64,000 nt of DNA, taken from the NCBI GenBank assembly GCA_030390025.1, contig CM059432.1:69070001-69134000 (forward strand), given 5' to 3'. Position 1 is the first letter of the stretch, and every line of letters begins with the position of its first letter. Origin of the DNA: Squalus acanthias. Its lineage: Eukaryota. Made by a program: the position numbers and the translations under genes. This document shows, in pieces, positions 50,449 to 62,365 of this stretch. A model generated the notes under the pieces. That model was not told the origin of the DNA and searched no databases. It saw nothing but the letters and a program-made list of their open reading frames with translations.

Positions 50449-52859
50449 CGTCTATGTATAGTGTTTTAGCTAGGTATCAGAAGATTGCAAAACTGCTGTG
50501 TACCACAACTTCAGGCTATAGAAAGTCCCAAATGGAAAGCTGGTCTGTACTCCATTGGGAGCAATGACTTGAAGAGACTTTCTAGACAAGACAAATTTCA
50601 AAATTTGAAACAAAAAATTTAAACAACACTGACATTTGGGTTTTTCAATTCTTGCTGAGCAATTTAACACAGCTGCATTACTGCACATTTTGACTTTTAA
50701 GCCAGTTAAATAGCTACTTAGCTATATAAGAAACATTAAAAGATCATTATTTCTGATGCATTGTGATTGGTTGCTTGTTTTCATTCTCAGGAATGAATAT
50801 TGCATTCTCAGGAAGCACACATTCAAACCATACAATCCTGCAATTTTATTACTGGGTCATAAATAACAAAGATAAATCACTATTCTGTTTTGTTCATACA
50901 GAGGAGAATATGATATTTAAAGGTTGTTCCTGTAGGCAGTAAATGGTGGAGGTTGCATATTTTAAATTTGTATTAATTCCCAGAGCCTTGCATTAATCTG
51001 CCCTCTTACATTATTCTTTTAGTTCATGAAGTACTTTGTACTGGGGCTTTATTTGAACATGTCCAATGTTACCTTTTTGTGTGGTATTAGAAAAAAATGT
51101 GGGGGAGGGGGGGCGGGCATGGACCTAATTTCATTGAATGTTGTGATAGAGTTGAAAGAAACTTTTTACAAATTGCTTAAAGTACATTCTCTACTTTTTA
51201 TTATTTCATCTATGTGCTTGTTCCTTAATGGAGAGTTTGCAATACAGATTTTAAGTATTTGTCTATTCATCTCCTGCAGGTTTCCACTGAGTGACCTCCA
51301 GTAGATCTACATCACAAGAGAAGTGCAAGTGGGCTTTCAATAAGGATGCTACCACTTAACCAGAAGTATAATTGTATATTTTAAAGCATCTCCTGCCAGA
51401 TCATGTTCTGTCCAAATATAAAACCTCCCCGAGGGGAATGTTCAGTTCAGTGCTAAATGAAGTCACAGTTTCATTACTCTTAGCTGAATACTTTAACTTT
51501 GGCTCTCCACCCACTGAAATAGACAAACTGTGGCCACCATGACCTTGCTATCAACCTTATCATGGCCTCAGATACTGATGGACAAAAGACACAAAACCAA
51601 ACTCCGCCAACCTTTTCCTGAGATAATTTATTAGATTTATTAGACAGTTTGCTCATTAACGCTATTCAATTTTCTCAAATTGTGAAACAAACATTGAATG
51701 CATTGCTCTCAGAGGTTATCATAAATCAACACAGTTAAACATAGAACAGTCTGATTTAGGCCTACTTATCAGCTGATGTTTCTGTAGGTTTCATTCGTTT
51801 CAGTACCTCACACGAATATCGGAAACTCAGTGTTTCCTTTGCATAATGTCGAGGTGGGGCTGATCGTTATGAACAGCACAATTCCTGATATTCTGAAACT
51901 TTCATTTATTCAATGGGTCCTAATTGCAACTGCACGCTTCCAGTCAGGTCACTGTAGTCGGACACATGACACTGGGATCCAGCAAAGATTCGATGAAGAC
52001 TAATTATAGCAAACAAATTCTGAAGCTTTGTGGATTCTAATTACAATGATCTGATAATGTGATCACCTGTTTCAGGACAATTCTGCTAAATAATAAACAC
52101 AAGGTGACATTTTAAAAACATACATTTTGTGTAATGTATTAACTTACTACAAAGTATTGTGTTTTTACATTGCTAAGTAAAATATTGAAAAATTGGAATA
52201 TCAATCCAATACATCCTTTTCCACAACTGTTTATATTTTATTAATGTATTTTTCTATCATATTTACTCTCATTATGGTGAGGAAGTAACAATGCTGTGAA
52301 ATAGAATACGTTTCCTCTCTGCATCCTGTGACAGTATTAAGCATTCTCAGGTCAGGTATAGAACAGTAATGTGCAGTTTAGAGCTGCCAAACAGCACACT
52401 TTAACCAATGACAAAAGAATGTTCCTCTATCACCAGCATTTCTCAAATAGCAATTTAATAGCTTTTTTGAGAGGGAGTGAGCCCTATTTCGTGGCAAATT
52501 AAAACTGATTTTGTGCAATGATATTAAACTCTAGTTCTGTGTGGGAACCAGAACAGCTGAACTCAAGTTTCACTTCAGTTATTAAAGAGAGTGTGAGAGA
52601 CAAAGAAGCACATACCTTCATTGTGTTGCTGGGCTGGATTCATACCAGGCCCCAGCAGATGTTAAACCTTTGAAATGAATAGAGTGGATTCTCCTGGGTC
52701 CCTGTTGTGTAAGCTCTAAACAGGGGGAGCGCACCTAAAGTGTGCTCCGCCCATAGGTGATATGTAGTTCTCAAATCTGCTGTTCCCCTCTCATTTGCAA
52801 GGGGTGCAAGAGCATGCTGGGGTTGGTCATTAGGCGCAGGCTCCTGATGCGCAGGAAAT

Positions 52860-53105
52860 TGCTGAAGGCACGGCTGCCAATGGTGGAGCAATTAAAACTG
52901 GGGAGGCCCAAGAGGCCAGAATTGGAGGAGTGCAGAGATCTCAGAGGGTTGTAGGGCTTGCGGAGGTTACAGAGATAGGGAGGGGTGAGGCCATGGAGGG
53001 ATTGTAAACAAGGATGAGAAATTTAAAATTGAGACGCTGCCAGACCGGGAGCCAATGTTGACCAGCGGGCACGGGGTAATGGGTGAATAGGACTTGGTGC
53101 TTGGA
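52860..53105 (-). mobile_element. L2 fragment
   Basis: HWLPVWQRLNFKFLILVY; homologous to about 9270-9470. Confidence 0.8.
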
Positions 53106-53564
53106 ATGGGACTCATTGCAAGAGTGCAACTCACGCTATCAGTTCATAGTTTATTGCCAAGGTTTCTGAAGCTGCCAACAGTTAACCTTGTAATGTCTTT
53201 TCTCTTTTATGTCTTCTCAGGTGTGGATGACCAATTGTCCACAGCCTTTCCACAGTCAGATTCCAAGAATCTCTCCACACAACCCATCACATCTCCTGGT
53301 CTACCAAGCACTAGCCAGGTCCCCTACGTCCCACCCCCGAAATTTCTGGTGGCAAAACAATTCAGGGTAGTTGTCACTTTTATGGTGAGAGGGAAAGTGG
53401 TGGCAGTCCTGCAGCAAGGCTCCAGATGTAAAGATAAAAAAGGAAGAGCTTGCATTTACACTGTGCCTTTCATGTCCTCAGGATATCCTAAAATGCTTCA
53501 CAACCAATAAATTACTTTTCAAGTGTACTCAATCTTGTAGGCAAATAGAGAAGTCAATTTTTAC

Positions 53565-54975
53565 ATAGAATTACATAAAATATACAGCACAGAAACAGGC
53601 CATTCAGCCCAACTAGTCTGTGCTGGTGTTTATACTCCACACGAGTCTCCACCCATTCCATCTACCTCACCTCAGCCTTTCAGCATATCTGTCTATTCCC
53701 TTTTCTCTCATGTACTCATCTAGTTTCATCCTTTTGAAAGCATCTAAGCTATTTACCTCAAACACTTCCTTTGGTAGCGAGTTCCACATTCTAACCACTC
53801 CCTGAGTAAAGAACTTTCTGCTTATTGCTCCATTGCATTTATTAGTAACTATCTTGTATTTATGGCCCCTAGTTTTGGATTTTCCCACAAGTAGAAATAT
53901 TGGGCGTGATCTTGCCAGCCCTGGGGAGGCGGGACTGCCGGGAAAATGGCAGAATCTGGGGGCGGGTACCCATCCCGCCCCCAACCCACCTCTGTGCCAT
54001 CTTCCCAGGAGGCGGGTAGCCGACCCGCGCCGGGTCCCATCTCCTGGAGGCGGGAAGGGGATTACAGCCACGTAACTGCCTGTTATCCCCATTTTGCCAC
54101 CAGAGGCGCGGGCTTCCTGATGTCGGGAAATCCCGCCAGGGTCAGCGAGGCGAGCAGTGGGTCTGCGGGGTGAGAGGGGTCCAAAAGTGCACTGTGGAGG
54201 TGAGTGATGGGTGCAAGTGTGGAGAGGTAAGTATGTGAGGTGAGTGAAAAGTGATAGAAAAAGTTTCCTTACCTTTGTTTCTTCCTGCAGGCTTCAACAG
54301 TTGGGGATGCGGAGAGTGTTACATCTCCACGGCAGAGATGACAGATGGCTGCTGCATTCTCTGATGCAACAACCATCTAATTTCTGCTAAAGAAAGAGGT
54401 TTGATGAGTCTTGAATACAAGAACTCATCAAACAACAGAGAATGTCAGTGTTTGACAGCTTCACAGAGCTGTCAAACGATGACAACACATCTGTCAAAAA
54501 TTTTTGACAGATGAAATGTCATACGCTGACGTTCTCTGTAACTGGCTTCCCCTTAATTGGCCTGCTAAACCCACTGGACGGACTTAACAAGGTCAATCAA
54601 GGGAAAATAGCATGGGTTGGCCACAAGTCGATGGAGGCGGGACTGAAACCCGACAAGCAGCAGTCCCGCCTTCAACGCGCCCCCATTGGCAAAATCACCC
54701 CCATTCTCTCCACATCTACCCTGTCCAAGTCATTCATAATTTTAAAGGCCTCTATCAGGTCTCCACTAAGTCATCTGTTTTCAAAGAAAAAAGCCCCAAC
54801 CTGTTCAATCTTTCCCGATAGTTGTAATCTCTCAGTTCTGGTACCATCCATGCAAACCTTTTTTGCATTTTCTCCGGTGATTCTATGTCCTTTTTATAGT
54901 ATGGAAACCAGAACTGTGTACAGTACTCTAAGTTTGGCCTGACCAGGATCCTATATAGGTTTAACATAACTTCAC
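53565..54975 (-). mobile_element. CR1 3' fragment split by MITE B
   Basis: ORFs 54755-55084 and 53667-54092 contain CR1 C-terminal motifs; the sequence rejoins at AGAAAT-ATT-CTCTCC. Confidence 0.85.
53902..54702 (+). mobile_element. Harbinger-type MITE family B (801 bp)
   Basis: TIRs GGGCGTGATCTTGCC and GGCAAAATCACCCCC (13/15 match); 3-bp TSD ATT. Confidence 0.9.
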
Positions 54976-56080
54976 TTCTTGTGCACAGCAATGAGATAAA
55001 TGACCAGTTAATCTGTCTTTGGTAGCGTTGGTTGAGGGATAATCGTTGGCAAGGACACTGGAAGAACTCCTTACTCTTCTTCAAATAGTGCCATGGAATC
55101 TATTGCATCCAACTGATCAGGCAAATTTGTTTTTTATTTGAAAGTTAGGTCCTCTCTCAGGACATCATAGATCTCCCTTACTACATCTCCCTGGTAAACC
55201 TCAGTCTCTAGATACACAGAAAAAGGAAAATTTGCTTTTTTTTAATTAGTTCGTAATTAAATACATTAGAGATGGCAGGGCAGGCGATGTGTTACGGCTG
55301 CAACATGTGGGAGCTGGTGGACACCATTGAGGTCCACGGCGACCACATTTGCAGTAAGTCTTGGTTGCTCGAGGAACTTCGGCTCCGTGTTGATGAGCTG
55401 GAGTCCGAGCTTCAAACACTGAGACACATCAGGGAGTTACCTGGACACTGTGCTTCAGGAGGCAGTCACACCCCTTAGATTAATTAATTCAAATTTGGTC
55501 CGTGGTCAGGGACAGGTGGGTGTGACTACGAGCGAGACAGGTATGGGGATCCAGGAGGTAGTGGTGGAGGAGCCTCAGCCCTTGCTCTTGTCCAACAGTT
55601 ATGAGGTTCTTACTCTCTGTGTGGACGAAAGCAGGGACTGCAGTGAGGATGAGCAAACTGACCACAGCACCGTGGTACAGGGAGCCATTCAAGTGGGGGG
55701 AGCATAAAGAAATGTGGTAGTGGTAGGCGACAGTATAGTTAGGGGGATAAACACTGTTCTCTGCAGCCAAGAGCGTGAGTCCCGAAGGCAGTGGCAGCAG
55801 CGGGAGCGGCGGTCCTGCGAGTGAGCGGCGGCTGTGGGAGAAAATAAAGGTCGGTGATTTTCAGGCCCAGTCGAGCGGCGGCAGAATTCAAGAGTGATGT
55901 CACAGTACAGAAAGTGACGCCGGCGCAGGGGAAGAAGCTGATTGGTGAGTAGTGGGTGAGTGCTTTTTTTTTTCTTCAATTTTAAGTTTATTTCTTTTCA
56001 GGTAGTTCATAGTTAAGGTAGTTCGGGAGAGCGAGAATCCGACAGTTTAAATTTGAGGTAAGAGTTTTTGATTTAAAAGT

Positions 56081-57142
56081 ATGGCAGGGGACCTCAGTCC
56101 CATGCGTTGCATGGCCTGCAGCATGTGGGAATTCCTAGACGCTTCTTGCAGTCAGGATGACCACATGTGCAGTAAGTGCCGACGGTTTGGCCAACTTGAG
56201 ATCCGGTTTTCGGAGCTCGAGCGTCAGCTGGAGGCACTGCGGTGTATCCGTGAGGCTGAGAGTTACGTGGATAGCACGTTTTTAGATGTGGTCACCCCGC
56301 AGCTTAAGAAAGTGCAGTCAGAGAGCGAATGGGTGACCACCAGTCAGAAGAAGGGGGGCAGGCAGGTAGTCAGGAAAGCCCCAGAGTGCATCTCACTCAA
56401 CAACCGTTTTTCTGTGTTGGAAAATGGTGAAAGTGACAGTTCCTCTGGGGAGTGCAGCCAGAGCCAAGTTCACGGCACTGTGGGTGGCTCAGCTGCACAA
56501 GGGGGGAGGAGTAAGAGTGGAAGGGCAATAGTGGTAGGAGACTCAATAGTGAGGGGTGCAGACAGGCATTTCTGCGGCCGCAGACTTGACTCCAGGATGG
56601 TATGTTGCCTCCCTGGTGCCAGGGTCAAGGATGTCACTGAACGGCTGCAGGGCATTCTGAAGGGGGAGGGTGAACAGTCAGAGGTCGTGGTTCACATTGG
56701 TACCAATGACATAGGTAGAAAGAGGGATGAGGTCCTGCAACAACAATTTAGGGAGCTAGGTAGCAGATTAAAAAGCAGAACCTCAAAGGTTGTAATCTCT
56801 GGATTACACCCGGTGCCACATGCTAGTGAGTATAGGAATAGGAGGATAGAGCAGATGAATATGTGGCTAAACAGTTGGTGCAGGAGGGAGGGCTTTAGTT
56901 TCCTGGATCACTGGGTCTGTTTCTGGAGAAGGTGGCACCTGTACAAGTCGGACGGGTTGCACCTGAACCGGAACGGGACCAACATCCTTGCGGGGAGGTT
57001 TGCTAGTGCTGTTGGGGGGGTTAAAATAACTTGGCAGAGGGATGGGATACGGAGTGGAGCTATAGTAGGGGGTGATGCACAGCCAAATATAGAGGAAAAA
57101 ACAAGTCAGTCTGGAAGGCAGCACAAATATGTAACTGCATAA
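56081..57142 (+). CDS. CR1 ORF1p: zinc finger/leucine zipper plus SGNH/GDSL esterase domain
   Basis: CMACSMWE..HMCSKC, heptad leucines, VVGDS, LPGA, HIGTND, DGLH; open for 353 aa (the extreme C-terminus is probably frameshifted). Confidence 0.88.
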   Translation: MAGDLSPMRCMACSMWEFLDASCSQDDHMCSKCRRFGQLEIRFSELERQLEALRCIREAESYVDSTFLDVVTPQLKKVQSESEWVTTSQKKGGRQVVRKAPECISLNNRFSVLENGESDSSSGECSQSQVHGTVGGSAAQGGRSKSGRAIVVGDSIVRGADRHFCGRRLDSRMVCCLPGARVKDVTERLQGILKGEGEQSEVVVHIGTNDIGRKRDEVLQQQFRELGSRLKSRTSKVVISGLHPVPHASEYRNRRIEQMNMWLNSWCRREGFSFLDHWVCFWRRWHLYKSDGLHLNRNGTNILAGRFASAVGGVKITWQRDGIRSGAIVGGDAQPNIEEKTSQSGRQHKYVTA

Positions 57143-59426
57143 GGGAGTATGACAAGGCTGGATGGCATTTATTTTAATGCAAGGAGTCTTATGAGTAAGG
57201 CAGATGAATTGAAGGTGTTGATGAACACATGGGAGTATGATATTGTTGCTATCACAGAGACATGGTTGAGGGAGGGGCAGGACTGGCAGCTCAATATTCC
57301 GGGGTTTAGAATCTTCAGGCGAGACAGAGGGGGGTGTAAAAGAGGAGGGGGTGTCGCAATATTAATCAAGGAGTCAATTACTGCAGTAAGGAGGGATGAT
57401 ATCTTAGCAGGTTCCTCTAATGAGGCCATATGGGTAGAACTTAAAAACAAAAAGGGGGCAAGCACTTTGCTGGGAGTGTACTATAGGCACCCAAACAGTC
57501 AGGGGGAGATAGAAGAACAGATATGTAGGCAAATCTCAGAGAAGTGTAGAAATAATAGGGTAATAATAGTAGGGGATTTCAACTTCCCCAATATTAACTG
57601 GGATAGTCAGAGTGTGAAAGGCTTAGAGGGTGTGGAATTCTTAAAGTGCATCCAGGAGAGCTTTTTGAGCCAGCATGTAGAAAGTCCTACAAGAGAGGGG
57701 GCGGTACTGGACCTAATTCTAGGGAATTTGTAGCCGGGCAACTGGTAGAAGTGTCAGTAGGAGAGCATTTTGGCGACAGTGACCATAATTCAGTGAGATT
57801 TAAGATAGTCATGGAAAAGGACAAAGATGGACCGGAAATAAAGGTTCTAAATTGGGGGAAGGCCAATTTTAATATGATAAGGCAGGATCTGGCCAAAGTG
57901 GACTGGGATCAGCTACTTGTAGGAAAATCCACATCAGAGCAGTGGGAGTCATTCAGAAAGGAAATAGAGAGAGTACAGCGCCAACATGTTCCCATAAAGG
58001 TCAAGGGTGGGACCAACAAGTCCAGGGAACCCTGGATGTCAAGGAATATACAAGAATGGATTAGGAAAAAAAGGGAGGCTTTGGCAGATACAAAGTACTA
58101 AAAACAGTGGAAGCCCTAGAGGAGTATAGAAAGTGCAGGGGGGTACTTAAAAAATAAATAGGAGAGCGAAGAGGGGGCATGAAAAAACACTGGCGGGCAA
58201 AATAAAGGAAAATCAAAGGTGTTTTATAAGTATATTAAGGGCAAGAGGATAACCAGGGAAAGAGTAGGGCCCATTAGGGACCAAAGTGGCAATCTGTGTG
58301 TAGAGCCAGAAGATGTAGGTGAGGTTTTAAATTAATATTTTGCATCTGTGTTCACTATGGAGAAGGACGATGTAGGCATAGAAATCAGGCAGGGGGATTG
58401 TGATATACTTGAACAAATTAGTATTGAGAGGGAGGAGGTACTAACGGTTTTAGCGGGCTTAAAAGTGGATAAATCCCCAGGCCCAGATGAGATGTATCGC
58501 AGGCTGCTGTGTGGGGCAAGCGAGGAGATTGCAGGGGCTCTGACACAAATTTTCAGAACCTCTCTGGCCACAGGGGAGGTACCAGACTGGAGGACAGCTA
58601 ACGTAGTACCATTATTCAAGAAGGGTAGTAGGGATAAACCAGGGAATTACAGGCCAGTGAGCCTAACATCAGTGGTAGGGAAATTATTGGAAAAAATTCT
58701 GAGGGACAGAATTAGTCTCCACTTGGAGAGGCAAGGATTAATCAGAGATAGTCAGCATGGCTTTGTCAGGGGAAGATCATGTCTAACCAATTTGATTGAA
58801 TTTTTCAAGGGGGTGACTAGGTGTGTGGATGAGGGTAGTGCAGTTGATGTAGTCTACATGGACTTCAGGAAGGCTTTTGACAAAGTCCCACATGGGAGAC
58901 TGGTCAAGAAGGTAAGAGCCCATGGGATCCAGGGCAACTTGGCACATTGGATCCAAAATTGGCTTAGTGGCAGGAGGCAGAGGGTGATGGTCGAAGGTTG
59001 TTTTTGTGACTGGAAGCCTATGTCCAGTGGCGTACCGCAGGGATTGGTGCTGGGTTCCTTGCTGTTTGTAGTGTACATTAATGATTGAGATATGAATGTA
59101 GGATGTATGATCAGTAAGTTCGCAGATGACACATAAATTGGTGGAGTGGTAAATAGCGAGGAGAGAAGCCTCAGGTTACAGGACAATATAGACGGGTTGG
59201 TCAGATGGGCAGAACAGTGGCAAATGGAATTTGACCCTGAAAAGTGTGAGGTGATGCATTTTGGGAGGACTAACAAGGCAAGGGAATACACAATGAATGG
59301 TAGACCCTAGGAAGGACAGAGGATCAGAGGGACCTTGGTGTGCATGTACATAGATCACTGAAGGCAGCAGGACAGGTAGATAAGGTGGTTAAGAAGGCAT
59401 ATGGGATACTTGCCTTCATTAGCCGA

Positions 59427-59643
59427 AAATGAGAAGTCGCACAACACCAGGTTATAGTCCAACAGATTTATTTAAAATTACAAGCTTTCGGAGCTGTCGC
59501 CCCTTCGTCAGGCAAAGTTACTGTGAGAGTGTGAGAGACAGCTCCGAAAGCTTGTAATTTTAAATAAATCTGTTAGACTATAACCTGGTGTTGTGCGACT
59601 TCTCATTTTTGTCCACCCCAGTCCAACGCCGGCATCTCCGCAT
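59427..59643 (+). mobile_element. Miniature fold-back Penelope-like insertion (second family) with a hammerhead motif
   Basis: About 70-bp inverted arms (59427-59498 and about 59537-59608); 13-bp TSD CTTCATTAGCCGA at 59414-59426 and 59644-59656. Confidence 0.75.
59478..59516 (-). ncRNA. Minimal hammerhead ribozyme motif
   Basis: Minus strand TTGC-CTGACGA-A-GGGGC-GACA-GCTCC-GAAA-GC-TT-GTAA; palindromic AGCT in place of stem III. Confidence 0.75.
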
Positions 59644-60258
59644 CTTCATTAGCCGAGGCATAGAATATAAGAGCAGGGAGGTTATGATGGAGCTGTACAA
59701 AGCGCTAGTTAGGCCACAGCTGGAATATTGTGTGTAGTTCTGGTCGCCACACTATAGGAAGGACGTGATTGCATTAGAGAGGGTGCAGAGGAGATTCACC
59801 AGGATGTTACCTGGGCTGGAGCATTTCAGCTATGAAGAGAGACTGGACAGGCTGGGGTTGTTTTCCTTAGAGCAGAGAAGGCTGAGGGGGACCTGTCTGA
59901 GGTGTACAAAATTATGAGGGGCATAGATAGGGTAGATAGAAACGAACTTTTCCCCTTAGTAGAGGGGTCAATAACCAGGGGGTATAGTTTCAAGGTAAGG
60001 GGCAGGAGGTTCAGAGGGGATTTGAGGTAAAACTTTTTCACCCAGAGGGTGGTTGGAATCTGGAACTCACTGCCTGAAAGGGTGGTAGAGGCAGGAACCC
60101 TCACAACATTCAAGAAGCATTTAGATGAGCACTTGAAACGTCATAGCATACAAGGCTACGGACCAAGTGCTGGAAAATGGGATTAGAATAGATAGGGTTT
60201 GATGGCCGGCGCAGACACGATGGGCCAAAGGGCCTCATTCTGTGCTGTATAACTCTAT

Positions 60259-61149
60259 GGGGGAAATATTCAGTTGGTTGCGCCTCCCGTTAGTGCCTTA
60301 AGAGGGCGCTAATGGGGCGCAAAGCAACAAGCGCCCGGGTGCGGCGATGATTGTGCCGCTCGCGAAATTAACGACATTTTGCAGCGGCGCTAAACTCTAC
60401 CGCCACGATCTCCTGCGCCGGCAGATCGTGACGTCAGTCGAGTGCGCAACGCCCCGGTAGCGCCCCGGAGCGGATATTGAGTGGCGTCCCCTGCCTTACC
60501 GCCTGCCGCTAGCAACGACAGGTTGAGGGGAGCATTTTGCAGTCAGGAAGGGACTGGGGGAGTGCTATTTAAAGGCGACCACTTCCTGCCTTTTTTTCTT
60601 GGCGACATTTTTGAACCACGCATTCTGAGAGTGAGAGAGAGAGACTTCTGGAGAGATTCAACGCTGTGTGAAGCTGTTTTGGGTACTGAGCAGCACTTTG
60701 CAGGTTCATTTTGATTTGCCCTTCCTTGTATTGATTTAGAAGAGACTGTGGGGGCTGCACTCTGCGCTCTTTCCCTGGGCCTCTCCATTGTTCTTTCCAG
60801 CAGATTTGATGTACAGGTCTCTCCAGGCCAAGATTCAAGGCTGCAATGAGCAGGATGTGGATGGAAAGCAAGATCAACCCTCCCCTTTAAGAACTGGCCA
60901 GCGCCATTGTGTCTGTGTTCCATTGCTGACTGACATCACATGAGCTTCGCCAACGCTCTGAGTTAGCGCCTCGCTCCTCGGCCTTTGCGCCTTAAGACAG
61001 ATGTGTAGCGCCTGATTTAGTGCTCCAATCACCTCCAGGGGCGATAAAAGTTAAGTTTGCAGTCGGAGGCGATAATTAGCGCCAGGTGCTAATCTTTGCG
61101 CCCGGCCGATAATTGCGCCCCAAACAGGGTGATACTGAATTTTTCCCCC
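60259..61149 (+). mobile_element. MITE family A, complete (891 bp), inserted in a CR1 3' tail
   Basis: TIRs GGGGGAAATATTCAGT and ACTGAATTTTTCCCCC (15/16 match); AT (or ATG) duplicated. Confidence 0.88.
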
Positions 61150-62327
61150 ATGACTCTATGGCTGTGTTGCCTGCCCAGTGCCAGGGTAAAGGACATCTCC
61201 TCTGGGCTGGAGAGGAACTTAGAGTGGGAGGGGAAAGATCCAGTTGTCGTGGTCCATGTAGGTACCATTGACATAGGTAGGACAAAGAAAGAGATTCTGC
61301 TGAGGGAGTATGAGCAGCTAGGGGCTAAATTAAAAAGCAGAACCACAAAGGTAATAATCTCTGGATTACTACCTGAGCCATGTGCAAATTGGCACAGGGT
61401 AAATAAGATCAGAGAGATGAACGATTGGCTCAAAGATTGGTGTGGGAGAAATGGGTTTCGATTCTTGGGGCACTGGCACCAGTACTGGGGTAACAGGGAG
61501 CTGTTCCGCCGGGATAGGCTTCATTTGAACGAGGCTGGGACCAGTGTCCTGGTGAATCAAATAACTAGGGCTGTAGATAGGGCTTTAAACTAAATAGTTG
61601 GGGGGAGGGATCCGCTGAGCGGAAATTTAAAAAGTCAAAGAAAAATGAGAAGGCAAAAGTGCAGGGTAGCAATAGGGGTAATGATAACCAGAATGTGACA
61701 GGAAGGGACAGAGCGTATACGCATAAGAGTGCCTCAGAAAGAGGGGTCAGAGTAGGGAAAAATGGTAAAAAGACAAAATTAAAAGCTCTATATCTGAACG
61801 CACGCAGCATTCGTAACAAGATAGATGAGTTGACAGCACAAATAGAAATAAATGAGTATGATCTGATAGCCATTACAGAGACGTGGTTGCAAGGTGACCA
61901 AGGCTGCGAACTGAATATTCAAGGTTATTTGCCATTTCGTAAGGGTAGGCAGAAAGGAAAAGGAGGTGGTGTAGCTCTTTTAATAAGGGATGAGATGAGT
62001 GCAGTAGTGAGAAATGATATTGGCTTAGAAGATCAAGACGTAGAATCAGTTTGGGTGGAGATAAGAAATAATAAGGGTAGAAGTCACTGGTGGGAGTGGT
62101 CTACAGGCCCCCAAACAGCAGCCACACTGTAGGACGTAGTATAAATCAAGAAATAATAGAGGCTTGTAAGAAAGATACAGCTATAATCATGAGAGATTTT
62201 AATCTTCATATTGATTGGACAAAGCAAATTGACAAAGGTAGACTTGAGGAAGAGTTCTGAGAGTGTATGCGGGACGGTTTCTTGGAACAATACGTTATGG
62301 AACCAAACAGGGAGCAGACTATTTTAA

Positions 62328-62365
62328 GAGCATAAGAACATAAGAAATAGGAGCAGGAGTAGGCC
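62328..62365 (-). mobile_element. Ultra-short (~35 bp) CR1 3'-tail insertion
   Basis: CATAAGAACATAAGAAATAGGAGCAGGAGTAGGCC interrupts the ILDLV motif of the outer CR1 endonuclease. Confidence 0.75.

Larger units (their letters stand above)
55790..61160 (+). mobile_element. Full-length inner CR1 (CpG-rich 5'UTR, ORF1, disrupted ORF2, ATGACTCT tail)
   Basis: ORF1 56081-57142; ORF2 pieces 57149-57733, 57646-58101, 58348-59088 and onward to about 60185; tail at 60249-60258 and 61150-61160. Confidence 0.93.

Noticed and set aside
51280..51370. Coding exon after acceptor CTCCTGCAG
   Set aside because: Stops occur in all three frames within 25 nt.
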